The notes: generated from the sequence alone by a model not told the origin. A DNA stretch of 64,000 bases from Desulfobacterales bacterium (GCA_040769985.1 JAXGJZ010000010.1:6472-70471); one strand, 5' to 3'. Shown: positions 31,129 through 40,882, counted from the stretch's first letter. Numbers and translations are program-made.

Positions 31129-31169
31129 TTGAAACCCATAATAATTGCCAACCCATATTCTGAGGAACG

Positions 31170-32063
31170 ATGGACATGAACTTTGAATGCATCGATACCA
31201 TTATTAAGAACCATCAGGGCGAACCGGGATCGATGATTTCGATTCTGGAAGATATTCAGGATCGTTATCATTATCTTCCCAAGGAGGCGCTGAGAATGGT
31301 TGCCCGAAAAACCGGGATCAGCCTGGTCGATATTTACGGGGTAGCCACATTTTACAAGGCCTTCAGTCTCCAGCCCAGGGGGAAACACCTGATATCCGTC
31401 TGCCTGGGAACGGCATGCCATGTGCGTTCCGCTCCCGCCATTGTCGAAGAATTTACCCGACAGTTGGGTATCGGCCCCGGGGAAACCACCGAGGACAAGG
31501 ATTTTACCCTTGAAACTGTGAACTGCCTGGGAGCATGCGCTCTGGGACCGATCGTGAAGGTCGATGGCTGCTACTTCTCCAATGTAAAACGATCGGACGT
31601 GTCAAGGATTATTCAAAAGGCAAAATCGGGAATTGAGAATGCTTCCATGGAATCGGATTCAAAAGATTTTCCCATCTCGGTCTGCTGCCCGCGTTGTGGT
31701 CATGATTTGATGGATGAAAAGCATCCGATCGAGGGTTATCCATCCATCTCTCTGGAAATCAGCTTTAATGGAACACGGGGATGGGGGAAATTTTCCGGCC
31801 TTTCCGGAAGTCATCTTGTGGAATTCGAACATCCTGCTTCTCCCGAAGTTCAGTTAAAATTTTACTGCCCGCACTGTCGTGCCGAGCTGATTGGAAATTC
31901 ATACTGCATGGATTGCGGTCAACCCATGGCCGCGCTGAAGATTCCAGGAGGCAGTGTTCTTCTTGTCTGTTCGCAATGGGGGTGCATGAATCGTTTCCTC
32001 TGTTTAAACGGGATGGATTCTTCCGTTGAAACCAATACGGAATCGCTATCTACAGGAAACTGA
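31170..32063 (+). CDS. NuoE/HydC-like 2Fe-2S subunit with C-terminal Cys-rich extension
   Basis: GVATFY, VCLGTACHV, NCLGACALGP; extension CPRCG, CPHC, CMDCG, CSQWGC. Confidence 0.88.
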   Translation: MDMNFECIDTIIKNHQGEPGSMISILEDIQDRYHYLPKEALRMVARKTGISLVDIYGVATFYKAFSLQPRGKHLISVCLGTACHVRSAPAIVEEFTRQLGIGPGETTEDKDFTLETVNCLGACALGPIVKVDGCYFSNVKRSDVSRIIQKAKSGIENASMESDSKDFPISVCCPRCGHDLMDEKHPIEGYPSISLEISFNGTRGWGKFSGLSGSHLVEFEHPASPEVQLKFYCPHCRAELIGNSYCMDCGQPMAALKIPGGSVLLVCSQWGCMNRFLCLNGMDSSVETNTESLSTGN

Positions 32064-32064
32064 T

Positions 32065-33912
32065 ATGGAACGACTGAGATCCAGTGAAGAATTCGAGACT
32101 TTACGGCAGCATCTTTTTTCTACGATCAGACCGGAAATTCCGATGGTTGTCATCCCTGCCGGCACCTGCGGCCAGGCGAGCGGTGCGGAGAAATTGATCC
32201 GTACCGCCCAGCGTGAAATTCTTGCAAAGAAATTACAGGAAAAGGTTTTTTTGAGAATTACAGGATGCCATGGTTTTTGTGAGATGGAACCTTCGGTGCT
32301 GATCGAACCGTACCGGACATTCTACCCCGAACTGGATGCCGACGGCATGCAACGAATCATCCATGCATTGGCGGATGGAAAAATGGTTGAAGATCTCCTT
32401 TATTTCGATCCATCCACCGGGGAAAAAATAGAAAAGCAGGACGACATTCCGTTTTTCCGCCATCAGTCCAGACTGCTTCTGGCAAAAAACGAGAAGGTCG
32501 ATCCACTCAATATCTATGACTACATAAAAAATGGCGGATATCTGGCCTTTTCCAATGTGTTGAAGAATATCCGTCCGGAAGCGGTAATCGATGAGGTTAA
32601 GAGATCCGGCCTTCGCGGCCGGGGCGGGGCTGGATTCCCCACCGGCATGAAATGGAAATTTCTGGCTGATGCCGAAAACAAGAATGGAAAATATATCGTG
32701 TGCAACGCCGATGAGGGGGATCCCGGCGCATATATGGACCGCAGTCTGCTGGAAGGAAATCCGCACAGTATCATCGAGGGGATGTTGATCGGTGCCTATG
32801 CCACGGGAACCGATTCAGGAGTAATTTATGTCCGCAGCGAATATCCTCTTGCCATCAAACACCTGACGGTTGCCCTGAAGCAGGCACGTCATACCGGATT
32901 GCTCGGTACCGATATTCTCGGAAGCGGTTTCGGTTTTGACATCTCCATCGTAAAGGGCGCCGGCGCTTTTGTCTGCGGGGAAGAAACGGCATTGATGCGC
33001 TCCATCGAAGGCAGGATGGGAGAACCTCGGCAGCGGCCTCCGTTTCCGGTCGAGAAGGGGATTTATGGAAAACCCACCCTGATCAACAATGTCGAAACCT
33101 GGGCCAACATACCGGTCATCATGACAAACGGTGCGGAAAAATATACTGGAACCGGGAGCATCAATTCCGGGACGAAGATTTTCAGCCTTGTGGGCAAGAT
33201 AAAAAATACCGGACTCGTCGAAGTGCCCATGGGCACTCCGATTCGTAAGGTTCTCTATGAAATCGGTGGAGGCCAGGCCGACAGCACGGGTATCAAGGCC
33301 GTTCAAACCGGCGGGCCGTCCGGAGGCTGCATTCCGTCCTCTCTCTTTGAGATGCCCATCAGTTATGAGAGTTTTGCGGAGGCCGGATCAATCATCGGCT
33401 CGGGCGGTATGATCGTGATGGATGAAAACACCTGTATGATTGATGTGGCCAAATATTTCATGAACTTTTTGAAAGACGAATCATGCGGCAAGTGTTTTAC
33501 CTGTCGTAAGGGCACTCAGAGAATGCATGAGTTGCTCGAAGATATCTCTTCCGGAAAGGGAACCATGGAGCACCTGAAACTGATGGAGGAACTGGCCATC
33601 GTCATGAAGGATACCGCGATGTGCGGCCTCGGTCAGACCGCACCGAACCCCGTTCTTTCCACGCTCAAATATTTCAAGGATGAATATATTGCACACATAG
33701 AAAACAAGCGGTGTCCCGCCGGCGTATGCAAGGCGCTGATCCGTTTTTCCATCAATGAAAACTGCACCGGGTGCGGCGCATGCGCAAGGATTTGTCCGGA
33801 AAACGTCATCATGGGTGAGAAAAAGGAGCGCCATGTGATCGATTCGGACCGATGCAGCCGGTGCGGTGCCTGCAGGAGCGTGTGTAAATTTGAAGCAATC
33901 GACGTCATCTGA
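32065..33912 (+). CDS. NuoF/HydB-like (BfuB-like) FMN/NADH subunit with C-terminal 2x[4Fe-4S]
   Basis: TGCHGFCEMEP, GRGGAGFPTG, NADEGDPGAYMDR, RPPFP, GGPSGG, ESCGKCFTC, CTGCGACARICP, CSRCGACRSVC. Confidence 0.93.
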   Translation: MERLRSSEEFETLRQHLFSTIRPEIPMVVIPAGTCGQASGAEKLIRTAQREILAKKLQEKVFLRITGCHGFCEMEPSVLIEPYRTFYPELDADGMQRIIHALADGKMVEDLLYFDPSTGEKIEKQDDIPFFRHQSRLLLAKNEKVDPLNIYDYIKNGGYLAFSNVLKNIRPEAVIDEVKRSGLRGRGGAGFPTGMKWKFLADAENKNGKYIVCNADEGDPGAYMDRSLLEGNPHSIIEGMLIGAYATGTDSGVIYVRSEYPLAIKHLTVALKQARHTGLLGTDILGSGFGFDISIVKGAGAFVCGEETALMRSIEGRMGEPRQRPPFPVEKGIYGKPTLINNVETWANIPVIMTNGAEKYTGTGSINSGTKIFSLVGKIKNTGLVEVPMGTPIRKVLYEIGGGQADSTGIKAVQTGGPSGGCIPSSLFEMPISYESFAEAGSIIGSGGMIVMDENTCMIDVAKYFMNFLKDESCGKCFTCRKGTQRMHELLEDISSGKGTMEHLKLMEELAIVMKDTAMCGLGQTAPNPVLSTLKYFKDEYIAHIENKRCPAGVCKALIRFSINENCTGCGACARICPENVIMGEKKERHVIDSDRCSRCGACRSVCKFEAIDVI

Positions 33913-34053
33913 TGTCGTTTTGTTAATGAAAGACGTCGAAGTGTGTTTTCGAATGAAAAATCAGGATGTTCCCTAAGATCGAGCAATCCGGAAGAATGAC
34001 CGAAAAATGGAGAAACGAGATTTCAACCAAGAAAGAGAATTTGAGGTAACCAC

Positions 34054-34728
34054 ATGATTACCCTTACGATTAACGGATTGAAGGTTCAGGTGGAGGAAGG
34101 AACGACCATCCTGGAAGCGGCGCGGTTTCTTGGATTTCCGATACCGACGCTTTGCCATCAAGAGGGGCTTTCCCCGTATGGCGCATGTCGGCTCTGTGTT
34201 GTGGAGATTGGTGAGGAACCGAAATCAAAACTGGTTTCTTCCTGCACCTATCCGGCAGAGGAAGGCCTCGTGGTCAGAACGGGATCCAAGAGGGTTGTAA
34301 ACGCCCGCAAGATGATCATCGAACTTCTTCTGGCATCCTGCCCCCAGTCAAAGACCATTCAGGATCTGGCATCGGCCTATGGCGTCCGCCGGCAGCGTTT
34401 CCGACAGGAGCATGAGGACTGCATACTCTGCGGACTGTGCGTGCGAATGTGTTCCGAGCAGATGATGGCGAAGGCCATCGGATTTCGCGGTCGGGGCAAA
34501 GAACGCAGTGTCGGCACTCCTTTTGATGTGCAGCCCGATGTGTGCAGGCTTTGCGGCGGTTGTATGTATATCTGCCCGGCCTGTTCGCTTCGGTGCACGT
34601 ATAACGAGCCGGACAAGGCAATCTGCAATGCCTGCGCCAACCTGAACCCACCATGCATTCAAAAAGAACGGTTTAACGACCTGATGTGCTATATGTCCCC
34701 ATGTGTCGCCTGTGAAATCGATCATTAA
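34054..34728 (+). CDS. NuoG/HydA N-terminal-like Fe-S subunit without a catalytic domain
   Basis: IPTLCH..GACRLCVV..SSCT (2Fe-2S), CILCGLCVRMC, CRLCGGCMYICP, extra Cys-rich tail. Confidence 0.88.
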   Translation: MITLTINGLKVQVEEGTTILEAARFLGFPIPTLCHQEGLSPYGACRLCVVEIGEEPKSKLVSSCTYPAEEGLVVRTGSKRVVNARKMIIELLLASCPQSKTIQDLASAYGVRRQRFRQEHEDCILCGLCVRMCSEQMMAKAIGFRGRGKERSVGTPFDVQPDVCRLCGGCMYICPACSLRCTYNEPDKAICNACANLNPPCIQKERFNDLMCYMSPCVACEIDH

Positions 34729-34752
34729 ATGCCATAAAGGAGTGAAGATAAT

Positions 34753-36336
34753 ATGATAGTTTCTACGATCAATGCATCAGCCGCAACGCTTACAAAAAAC
34801 AGAACGGAAGATTCGGTCGTGCCCACTTCGGGCATGTGTGCGACCTGTGTGGATGGTTGTATCGGGATGTGCGAAATCGGCAAGTCTGCATACAGAGGAC
34901 ACGAAGTTATCTATCCTCAACCATTCGGCGTGATCACTACTGCCGGTCAGAAACGATATCCCGTCGATTATTCACATTTTAACATCATGGGAAGCTGCAC
35001 GGGGGCTCACGGGATAGAGGCCGACAGCGACAAAGCAATATTTTCGAACGTGAGACTGGAAGTAACGATCGGAAAGGATAACGGCATTAAATTCCGGCGT
35101 CCGTGGATTATTCCCGGAATCGGCTCAACGGCCATTGCAAAAAACAACTGGGAGGGGCTCGCGATTGGTTCGGCACTGATGGGTACGGGGCTTACCATCG
35201 GAGAAAATGTCGTGGGCATGGATCCCGAGTCGGTAATAAAAAATGGACGGGTGGTGGATACGGCGGACCTCAAGAGAAGAGTAAAATTATACCGGGATTT
35301 TCAGCGGGACGGTTATGGTGCCATCATCGTGCAGGCCAACATCGAGGACGGCCGTCTCGGCGCGCAGGAGTATGCGATCGAAAAACTTGGCGTGGAATGT
35401 GTGGAAATCAAATGGGGTCAGGGAGCCAAGGACATCGGCGGAGAAGTCAAGATTCCGAATCTGAAAAGGGCCCAGATGCTTGCCACACGGGGATATATTG
35501 TTCTGCCGGATCCATTCGACGAAAACGTGATTAAATCTTTCGAACGCGGCGCTTTCAAGGAATTTGAACGTCATTCCCGCGTAGGCATGGTTTCGGAGGA
35601 ATCCTTTGCCCGAAGAATCGAGGAATTGCGGACCGCGGGAGCAAAGTATATATTTCTTAAAACCGGAGCTTACCGACCCGCCGATCTTGCGAGGGCTCTG
35701 TCTTTTGCTTCCAAATGTCGATTGGATTTGCTGACGGTCGACGGCGCGGGCGGGGGGACCGGAATGAGTCCGTGGAGAATGATGAATGAATGGGGGGTTC
35801 CACCGGTGGAGCTGCATTCTCTGCTCGTGCAATACGCCTCCCATCTAGTCGGAAAGGGCGAATACGTGCCGTCTCTGGCGCTGGCCGGAGGCTTTACTTT
35901 TGAAGACCAGATATTCAAGGGACTTGCAATGGGCGCTCCCTTCGTAAAGCTCATCGGCATGGCCCGGGGCCCCATTGCGGCTGCAATGGTTGGTAAGACG
36001 ATCGGTCGCACCATCGATGACAGGCAGGTTCCTGTCTATATCGAACGTTTCGGCAATTCAAAAGATGAAATTTTCGTGACCGCTTCATCCCTTCGAAAAG
36101 AGCTTGGAGATAAGCATTTTGAAAAACTTCCCACCGGCGCGTTAGGGCTCTATACATATTATGAGCGTCTCAGCCAGGGTCTGAGTCAGATTATGGCGGG
36201 AAGCAGAAAGTTTTCGATATCGCATATCAGCCGGAGCGACATTGCGTCTCTTACAAAAGAAGCGTCCCAGGTGAGCGGTATCCGCTATATCATGGATGTG
36301 GACAAAGAAGAGGCCCTGAATATCCTCGACAGCTGA
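34753..36336 (+). CDS. Stand-alone FMN-binding glutamate synthase family protein
   Basis: AAGGAG RBS; N-terminal CATCVDGCIGMC, EIKWGQGAKDIGGE, TVDGAGGGTG, LAGG, GMAR; no amidotransferase domain. Confidence 0.88.
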   Translation: MIVSTINASAATLTKNRTEDSVVPTSGMCATCVDGCIGMCEIGKSAYRGHEVIYPQPFGVITTAGQKRYPVDYSHFNIMGSCTGAHGIEADSDKAIFSNVRLEVTIGKDNGIKFRRPWIIPGIGSTAIAKNNWEGLAIGSALMGTGLTIGENVVGMDPESVIKNGRVVDTADLKRRVKLYRDFQRDGYGAIIVQANIEDGRLGAQEYAIEKLGVECVEIKWGQGAKDIGGEVKIPNLKRAQMLATRGYIVLPDPFDENVIKSFERGAFKEFERHSRVGMVSEESFARRIEELRTAGAKYIFLKTGAYRPADLARALSFASKCRLDLLTVDGAGGGTGMSPWRMMNEWGVPPVELHSLLVQYASHLVGKGEYVPSLALAGGFTFEDQIFKGLAMGAPFVKLIGMARGPIAAAMVGKTIGRTIDDRQVPVYIERFGNSKDEIFVTASSLRKELGDKHFEKLPTGALGLYTYYERLSQGLSQIMAGSRKFSISHISRSDIASLTKEASQVSGIRYIMDVDKEEALNILDS

Positions 36337-36623
36337 TGAAAAAAACGGATCTTCACCGGAGGAAGCCGCCAGTTTCATCTTTTTTTGAATCCCGCGGCTT
36401 CCGATCGGTTCGTGCGGGGTACGGGTTTGATTTTTTTGACATTTAATGGACACACAGTTTTAGAGGCTACATGGTCGGCGCGAAGAGAGTCGCTGCGAGG
36501 GTAGCCATTGGAATTGTGTTCGATATGAAGATTTATCCCCTCCTTGTGGCGTTGACTCCGTCTCCCCCCTTCAACCCTGACTGACTCCTGGCTTCTCACG
36601 GGTTTCCCAGAGTCCAACGAGTT

Positions 36624-37706
36624 TTATAGCAAGTATGCGGCTTCCAATGTTTCGCAGTTGCGGAAAATTTTATATCCCTTATCATTCAACGGGTAATCCC
36701 AGGATCCGCTCTGATGGACGATTTTTCCGCCAAACCCGGTCTTAAAACGGTAGAGTCCATAAAAGGGATCATCCGGATCTTTTTTCGGTGAAACCGCCCC
36801 CATATCATATCGCAGACACCCCTTGGCCTTTGCAAGCTGTATGGCCGTCCAATGGATTGCGTAAGGCGCCATAAAATTTCTTTTATCATTCGAAGATGCA
36901 CCGAACAGGTATGTTGCCGCCCGGCCGGAAATCACGATGATCGCTCCAGCGAGCAGGTCGTGATCGTGGCGGGCGAGAAGAAAAAGAATCTCGCAGGAAT
37001 CGGGATGCGAGGATAACGCATGGAACAGCGCGGAAAAGTGTCTGTACTCACAAAGAGGAAAGTGGTTACGTTCCGCTGTCTGCCGGTACAGTTCATAGAA
37101 GGCGGGAAGCAAATCTGGTGATGCATTGAACACATGGATATCTTTTCTAAGAGCCAGGCGGATATTATAGCGGGTTTTGGGTTTCATATTCGACATGATT
37201 TCTTCTTCGTTTCGATTCAGATCGAGGACGAATCTGTCGGCAAAGGTAAGATTGAACATGGCCTTTCTCAGGTTCCATGACTTCGTGCCGAAATTCATTC
37301 GTAACTCTTGCAGCCTCGGTTCCGGACATTCAAATGACTCGAACCGGGAGGAAGCCCCGGCCGTTTTAACCGAATAGGGTGATTCCCAGGGCAGATCATA
37401 ACGGATAAAGGCTGTTCCCGGATCCAAATGCCTGCTTATTGCCATGGAGAGAGCCTCCAGAAAAATGCCGTAATGATCCGGGTCCGGACAGAATTCCGGC
37501 CCCTGTGGAACATACGCCATGGAGATTCCGGGCAATGAGGTCTTTGCCAATACAAGGACGTCGCCGTGTGATCCTGAAAAAGTAAAATCAAAAGCCAGTG
37601 ACTTCCAGCCGAGGATTGATTTGACCGCACCCCAAAATGCGGTCTGAAAAATAATTTCCGTAGGAATAACCTTTTTGGCTTCCTTTTGTTTCAAATGTAT
37701 TTTCAT
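36624..37706 (-). CDS. FemAB/FemX-like aminoacyl-tRNA-dependent peptidyltransferase
   Basis: FQTAFWG, YVPQGP, MKPKTRYNIRLA, TYLFGASS, YDMG, GLYRFKTGFGG. Confidence 0.88.
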   Translation of the reverse strand: MKIHLKQKEAKKVIPTEIIFQTAFWGAVKSILGWKSLAFDFTFSGSHGDVLVLAKTSLPGISMAYVPQGPEFCPDPDHYGIFLEALSMAISRHLDPGTAFIRYDLPWESPYSVKTAGASSRFESFECPEPRLQELRMNFGTKSWNLRKAMFNLTFADRFVLDLNRNEEEIMSNMKPKTRYNIRLALRKDIHVFNASPDLLPAFYELYRQTAERNHFPLCEYRHFSALFHALSSHPDSCEILFLLARHDHDLLAGAIIVISGRAATYLFGASSNDKRNFMAPYAIHWTAIQLAKAKGCLRYDMGAVSPKKDPDDPFYGLYRFKTGFGGKIVHQSGSWDYPLNDKGYKIFRNCETLEAAYLL

Positions 37707-37783
37707 CGTTTTTATCCATGACTGAACGGTGAATTGCGTAAGGCGCGGGCCCGGGATTTTTTGAAACGATCAAGAACGGCGGT

Positions 37784-38218
37784 TTAAACTTCTAACCGGT
37801 TCGGAAGATTAACCTCTATATGGAGCCGATCCAATGTCTCTTCGAGAAAAGGAGGTTGCGGCGTCCTTTTCAGTTTTTCGACCACTTTTCGGATTTCTTT
37901 GTTTATTTCCCCGCAAAAAGAATTTCGAACGCTTTTCAGCAACTGAATCATTGCATTTCCGGCGAGAATCCTGACATCATAATAGATATTGTCATCCGCC
38001 AGTATAGAGAGAAGCTGATCAATCAGTTCGTTGGATGGTGCCTGAATCCGGCCGATCCGTTTGAGCACCTCTTCTCGAAGACGCCAGTGCCCCTTGTATC
38101 GCAGTATCCTGATTAAACCAGTCTGGCAGCTTGCCAATTGGTTGTTGTTTGCCAGTTCTTCAAGGAGATCCAGAACCTTTCCCCAATTGCTCAGGCTTCC
38201 AAAGGGGTCATGTTTCAT
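37784..38218 (-). CDS. Hypothetical HEAT-repeat-like protein
   Basis: GAGGAG RBS; WRLREEVL and YYDVRILAGNAM helical repeats. Confidence 0.7.
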   Translation of the reverse strand: MKHDPFGSLSNWGKVLDLLEELANNNQLASCQTGLIRILRYKGHWRLREEVLKRIGRIQAPSNELIDQLLSILADDNIYYDVRILAGNAMIQLLKSVRNSFCGEINKEIRKVVEKLKRTPQPPFLEETLDRLHIEVNLPNRLEV

Positions 38219-38298
38219 TGAATTACTCCTCTTATGCCCGGTCGTTTCCAAACCGGCTTAAATTTCGTAAAGCAGTATTGTCCGGATAGCCGGCGCTT

Positions 38299-38526
38299 TT
38301 AAAAATCAACATATTTTGAGTATTCCGCGTACTTGTCCATCTGCGTTTTTGTAAGATTGAAATCCAATCGCCGGTTTTTAGAATCAACGGCAACCTGAGG
38401 ACCGAACAGATGCCGATCCAAACGCTTGACCTTGCCTTCCGGTGTGATAAGCAGAAAATCGGCATCCTCGTTATCATCCAGAACGATAAAAAATTTGCCG
38501 GAAGCTTTGTTTTTGACCAGTTCCAT
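38299..38526 (-). CDS. Small hypothetical protein
   Basis: GAGGAG RBS; MELVKNKASGKFFIVLDD..LLITPEGKVK. Confidence 0.65.
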   Translation of the reverse strand: MELVKNKASGKFFIVLDDNEDADFLLITPEGKVKRLDRHLFGPQVAVDSKNRRLDFNLTKTQMDKYAEYSKYVDF

Positions 38527-38628
38527 GGAAAATGACTCCTCGAGCATATCATTCAGTCAATCCGTTCATAGAGATGGCAACCTTTGCATAACATCCCATT
38601 GGTCCGGTTTCTGATTCAGACTCAAATT

Positions 38629-38754
38629 CAGACGCTTCGCAAAAAGCTTCGATACCGGGTTGCGTTTCATCCCTCCTCCTTGCGGTACACATAATCTCTT
38701 GGATTCTCTCGGGTTCGCGCGCCTTGCTTCTGAAATGTTTTTTGAAGGCTTCTA
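38629..38754. repeat. Degenerate MITE-like element (family B)
   Basis: Imperfect terminal inverted repeats AGACGCTTCGCAAAAAG / TTTTTTGAAGGCTTCT around a GC-rich core in an intergenic region. Confidence 0.4.
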
Positions 38755-39076
38755 ATCATCGTTTTAGGACCGTTTCCTACGGTGTTACCTTTTTATGAAA
38801 TAAATACGTAATGGATTCCAGGAGTTAAAAATTGCGGCGATTCCTGGATTTGAACGAAACCGGATATTTTTTAAAGGTATCACCGGTCCTGAATGTGTTC
38901 ATTGTCAAGGAAATGAGCAAGAAAGATGCCATGATCCAAGGTCTAGCATAACGCATGGATATAATTAAGAAAATTGAATAATGAAGGAGCGCGTGAAAGA
39001 AGATGACGGGAATAAAACGCCCGTTCCGATCTTTGTAACCCATCTAATTCGCTGAATTAATGATTGTTTCTGGCGG

Positions 39077-39107
39077 GGCGATATCGCCCGTTGCGGGCGA
39101 TATCGTC
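39077..39107 (-). terminator. Strong hairpin right after the regulator stop
   Basis: GGCGATATCGCCCG-TTG-CGGGCGATATCGTC. Confidence 0.55.
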
Positions 39108-39109
39108 AC

Positions 39110-40882
39110 TCAAGCGATAGGCATTTTCCTGAAAAGTGCTCGTCGGGAGATGCCCAAAAGTTCCGCGGCACGGGTCCTGTTACCGCACGTCTGTCGAAGA
39201 GCTTTTGAGATAAGCGACTTTTCCAGATCTTGAACCGCATCGCGAAGATTGAATTGTGGTGCAATTGCGGATGCTCCGGATTGCGGATCGGGTGCTAAGA
39301 ATTCGAGATGGCCAAGGGTTACATATCGTTGCAAGACATTTCGCAACTCACGAACGTTGCCGGGCCAGTTGTACTCCATGAGAGAATCCATGATACGGCC
39401 GGGAAACCTGGATATTTCGGAAGGAATTTTCATTTTCCGTAAAAAATGTTCCACCAGCAGTGGGATGTCCTGCCTGCGATTGCGTAACGGCGGCAACTGT
39501 ATTTGTATTACCTGGATGCGGTAGAAAAAATCATTGCGCATTTGTCCGCTGTTGACTTTGTCGCTTAACGCAGTATTCGATGCCGATATAATGCGAAAAT
39601 CGGCTGAAGCGGTTTCCGTGTTTCCTATTGGGCGGTATCCCCCTCCTTCAATCGCCCTTAGCAGCTTGGTCTGCATATGAATGGTTAATTCGCTGACTTC
39701 ATCAAGAAACAAGGTCCCGCCATCGGCCATATCCAGATAACCTGGAGAATCGGCATGGGCACCGGAGAATGCTCCTTTACAATGGCCGAAAAATTCCCTT
39801 TCGAACAGGGTTTCCTGGATGGCGCCGCAATTCACCGCAACAAACCGTTTGTTTTTTCTGTCGCTATGGTCGTGTATCGCGTGAGCAACCAGTTCTTTGC
39901 CGGAACCGGATTCGCCGAAAATCGCAACATTTGCGTCTGTAGAAGCGGCCTTGAGAATCAGTTCATACACCTCCTGCATGGCCGGAGAGCGGCCGATAAT
40001 ATCTCCCAGGCGATATCGTTCTTTCAATGAAGATCGCAACACTCGGTTTTCGTTATTTAAAAGCTCCGTCATCCGTTGCGCGGCGATCTGTTGCTCCTTG
40101 ATTTCAGTTATGTCTTTGAATGTCGAAAGCAGGGCCGGTTGTCCCTTAAAAGTAATCGGACTGTGACAAACCTGAATCCAAAATGTCTTTTCCGATCGAT
40201 CGAGATAGTGAACTTCCTCAACTTTAGTCTCGATAATACCGTTCGTTATGGCCCCATAGAGTCGGACGATTTCATTCGCGTCACCATGAAGCGGATTGTG
40301 CACCAACTCATCGAGCATGGTTTCTGCCGAATCCACATGGAACATCTTGCAAAATGCCGGATTTACGTAACGGAAACGGTCATTTTGTACCAAAGCGACG
40401 CCTTCGGCAACCTGTTCGGTAAGCACCCGATAGCGTTCTTCACTTTCTTTGAGTGCTTCTTCCGACCGTTTTAGCCAAAGAACCTTGCTCAAACGTTCAC
40501 CGATGGCTCTCAACAAGCGGTTTTCCTCTTCTAAAAACGGGGTGCCATCCAGATCCGGAGGCGTTTGGATATAATAGACATCCACATCTCCGACATGTTT
40601 GCCGTTTAGAATGATTTTCGTATTCTGCCGCCAACGCGTTGCCATGAAATTCTTTGAAGTATATTCCCGACCATCCAGTGTGATCCTGGCGCAGGCATTT
40701 TCATGATATTGCCACGCGGTCGGAATCAGTTCAACGGCGCGGTTCATTATCCACGATAACGATACGTCCTGATTTTCAAAAAGATTGGAAATGCCATACA
40801 GGCAATTCAATTCCTTGATCCGTTCGGTAAGGGCGTTTGCCGTGGCGGGAGTCTGAAACGGCATGCGATAATCTTTATTCAT
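39110..40882 (-). CDS. One-component sigma54 activator (GAF-like, PAS, AAA+, HTH)
   Basis: ERIKELNCLYGIS, PAS, GESGSGKE, GAFSGA, FLDEV, WPGNVREL. Confidence 0.93.
   Translation of the reverse strand: MNKDYRMPFQTPATANALTERIKELNCLYGISNLFENQDVSLSWIMNRAVELIPTAWQYHENACARITLDGREYTSKNFMATRWRQNTKIILNGKHVGDVDVYYIQTPPDLDGTPFLEEENRLLRAIGERLSKVLWLKRSEEALKESEERYRVLTEQVAEGVALVQNDRFRYVNPAFCKMFHVDSAETMLDELVHNPLHGDANEIVRLYGAITNGIIETKVEEVHYLDRSEKTFWIQVCHSPITFKGQPALLSTFKDITEIKEQQIAAQRMTELLNNENRVLRSSLKERYRLGDIIGRSPAMQEVYELILKAASTDANVAIFGESGSGKELVAHAIHDHSDRKNKRFVAVNCGAIQETLFEREFFGHCKGAFSGAHADSPGYLDMADGGTLFLDEVSELTIHMQTKLLRAIEGGGYRPIGNTETASADFRIISASNTALSDKVNSGQMRNDFFYRIQVIQIQLPPLRNRRQDIPLLVEHFLRKMKIPSEISRFPGRIMDSLMEYNWPGNVRELRNVLQRYVTLGHLEFLAPDPQSGASAIAPQFNLRDAVQDLEKSLISKALRQTCGNRTRAAELLGISRRALFRKMPIA

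Noticed and set aside
38574-38588. Sigma54-like TGGCAACCTTTGCA
   Set aside because: GG-GC spacing is 8 rather than 10 bp, and it faces away from the adjacent genes
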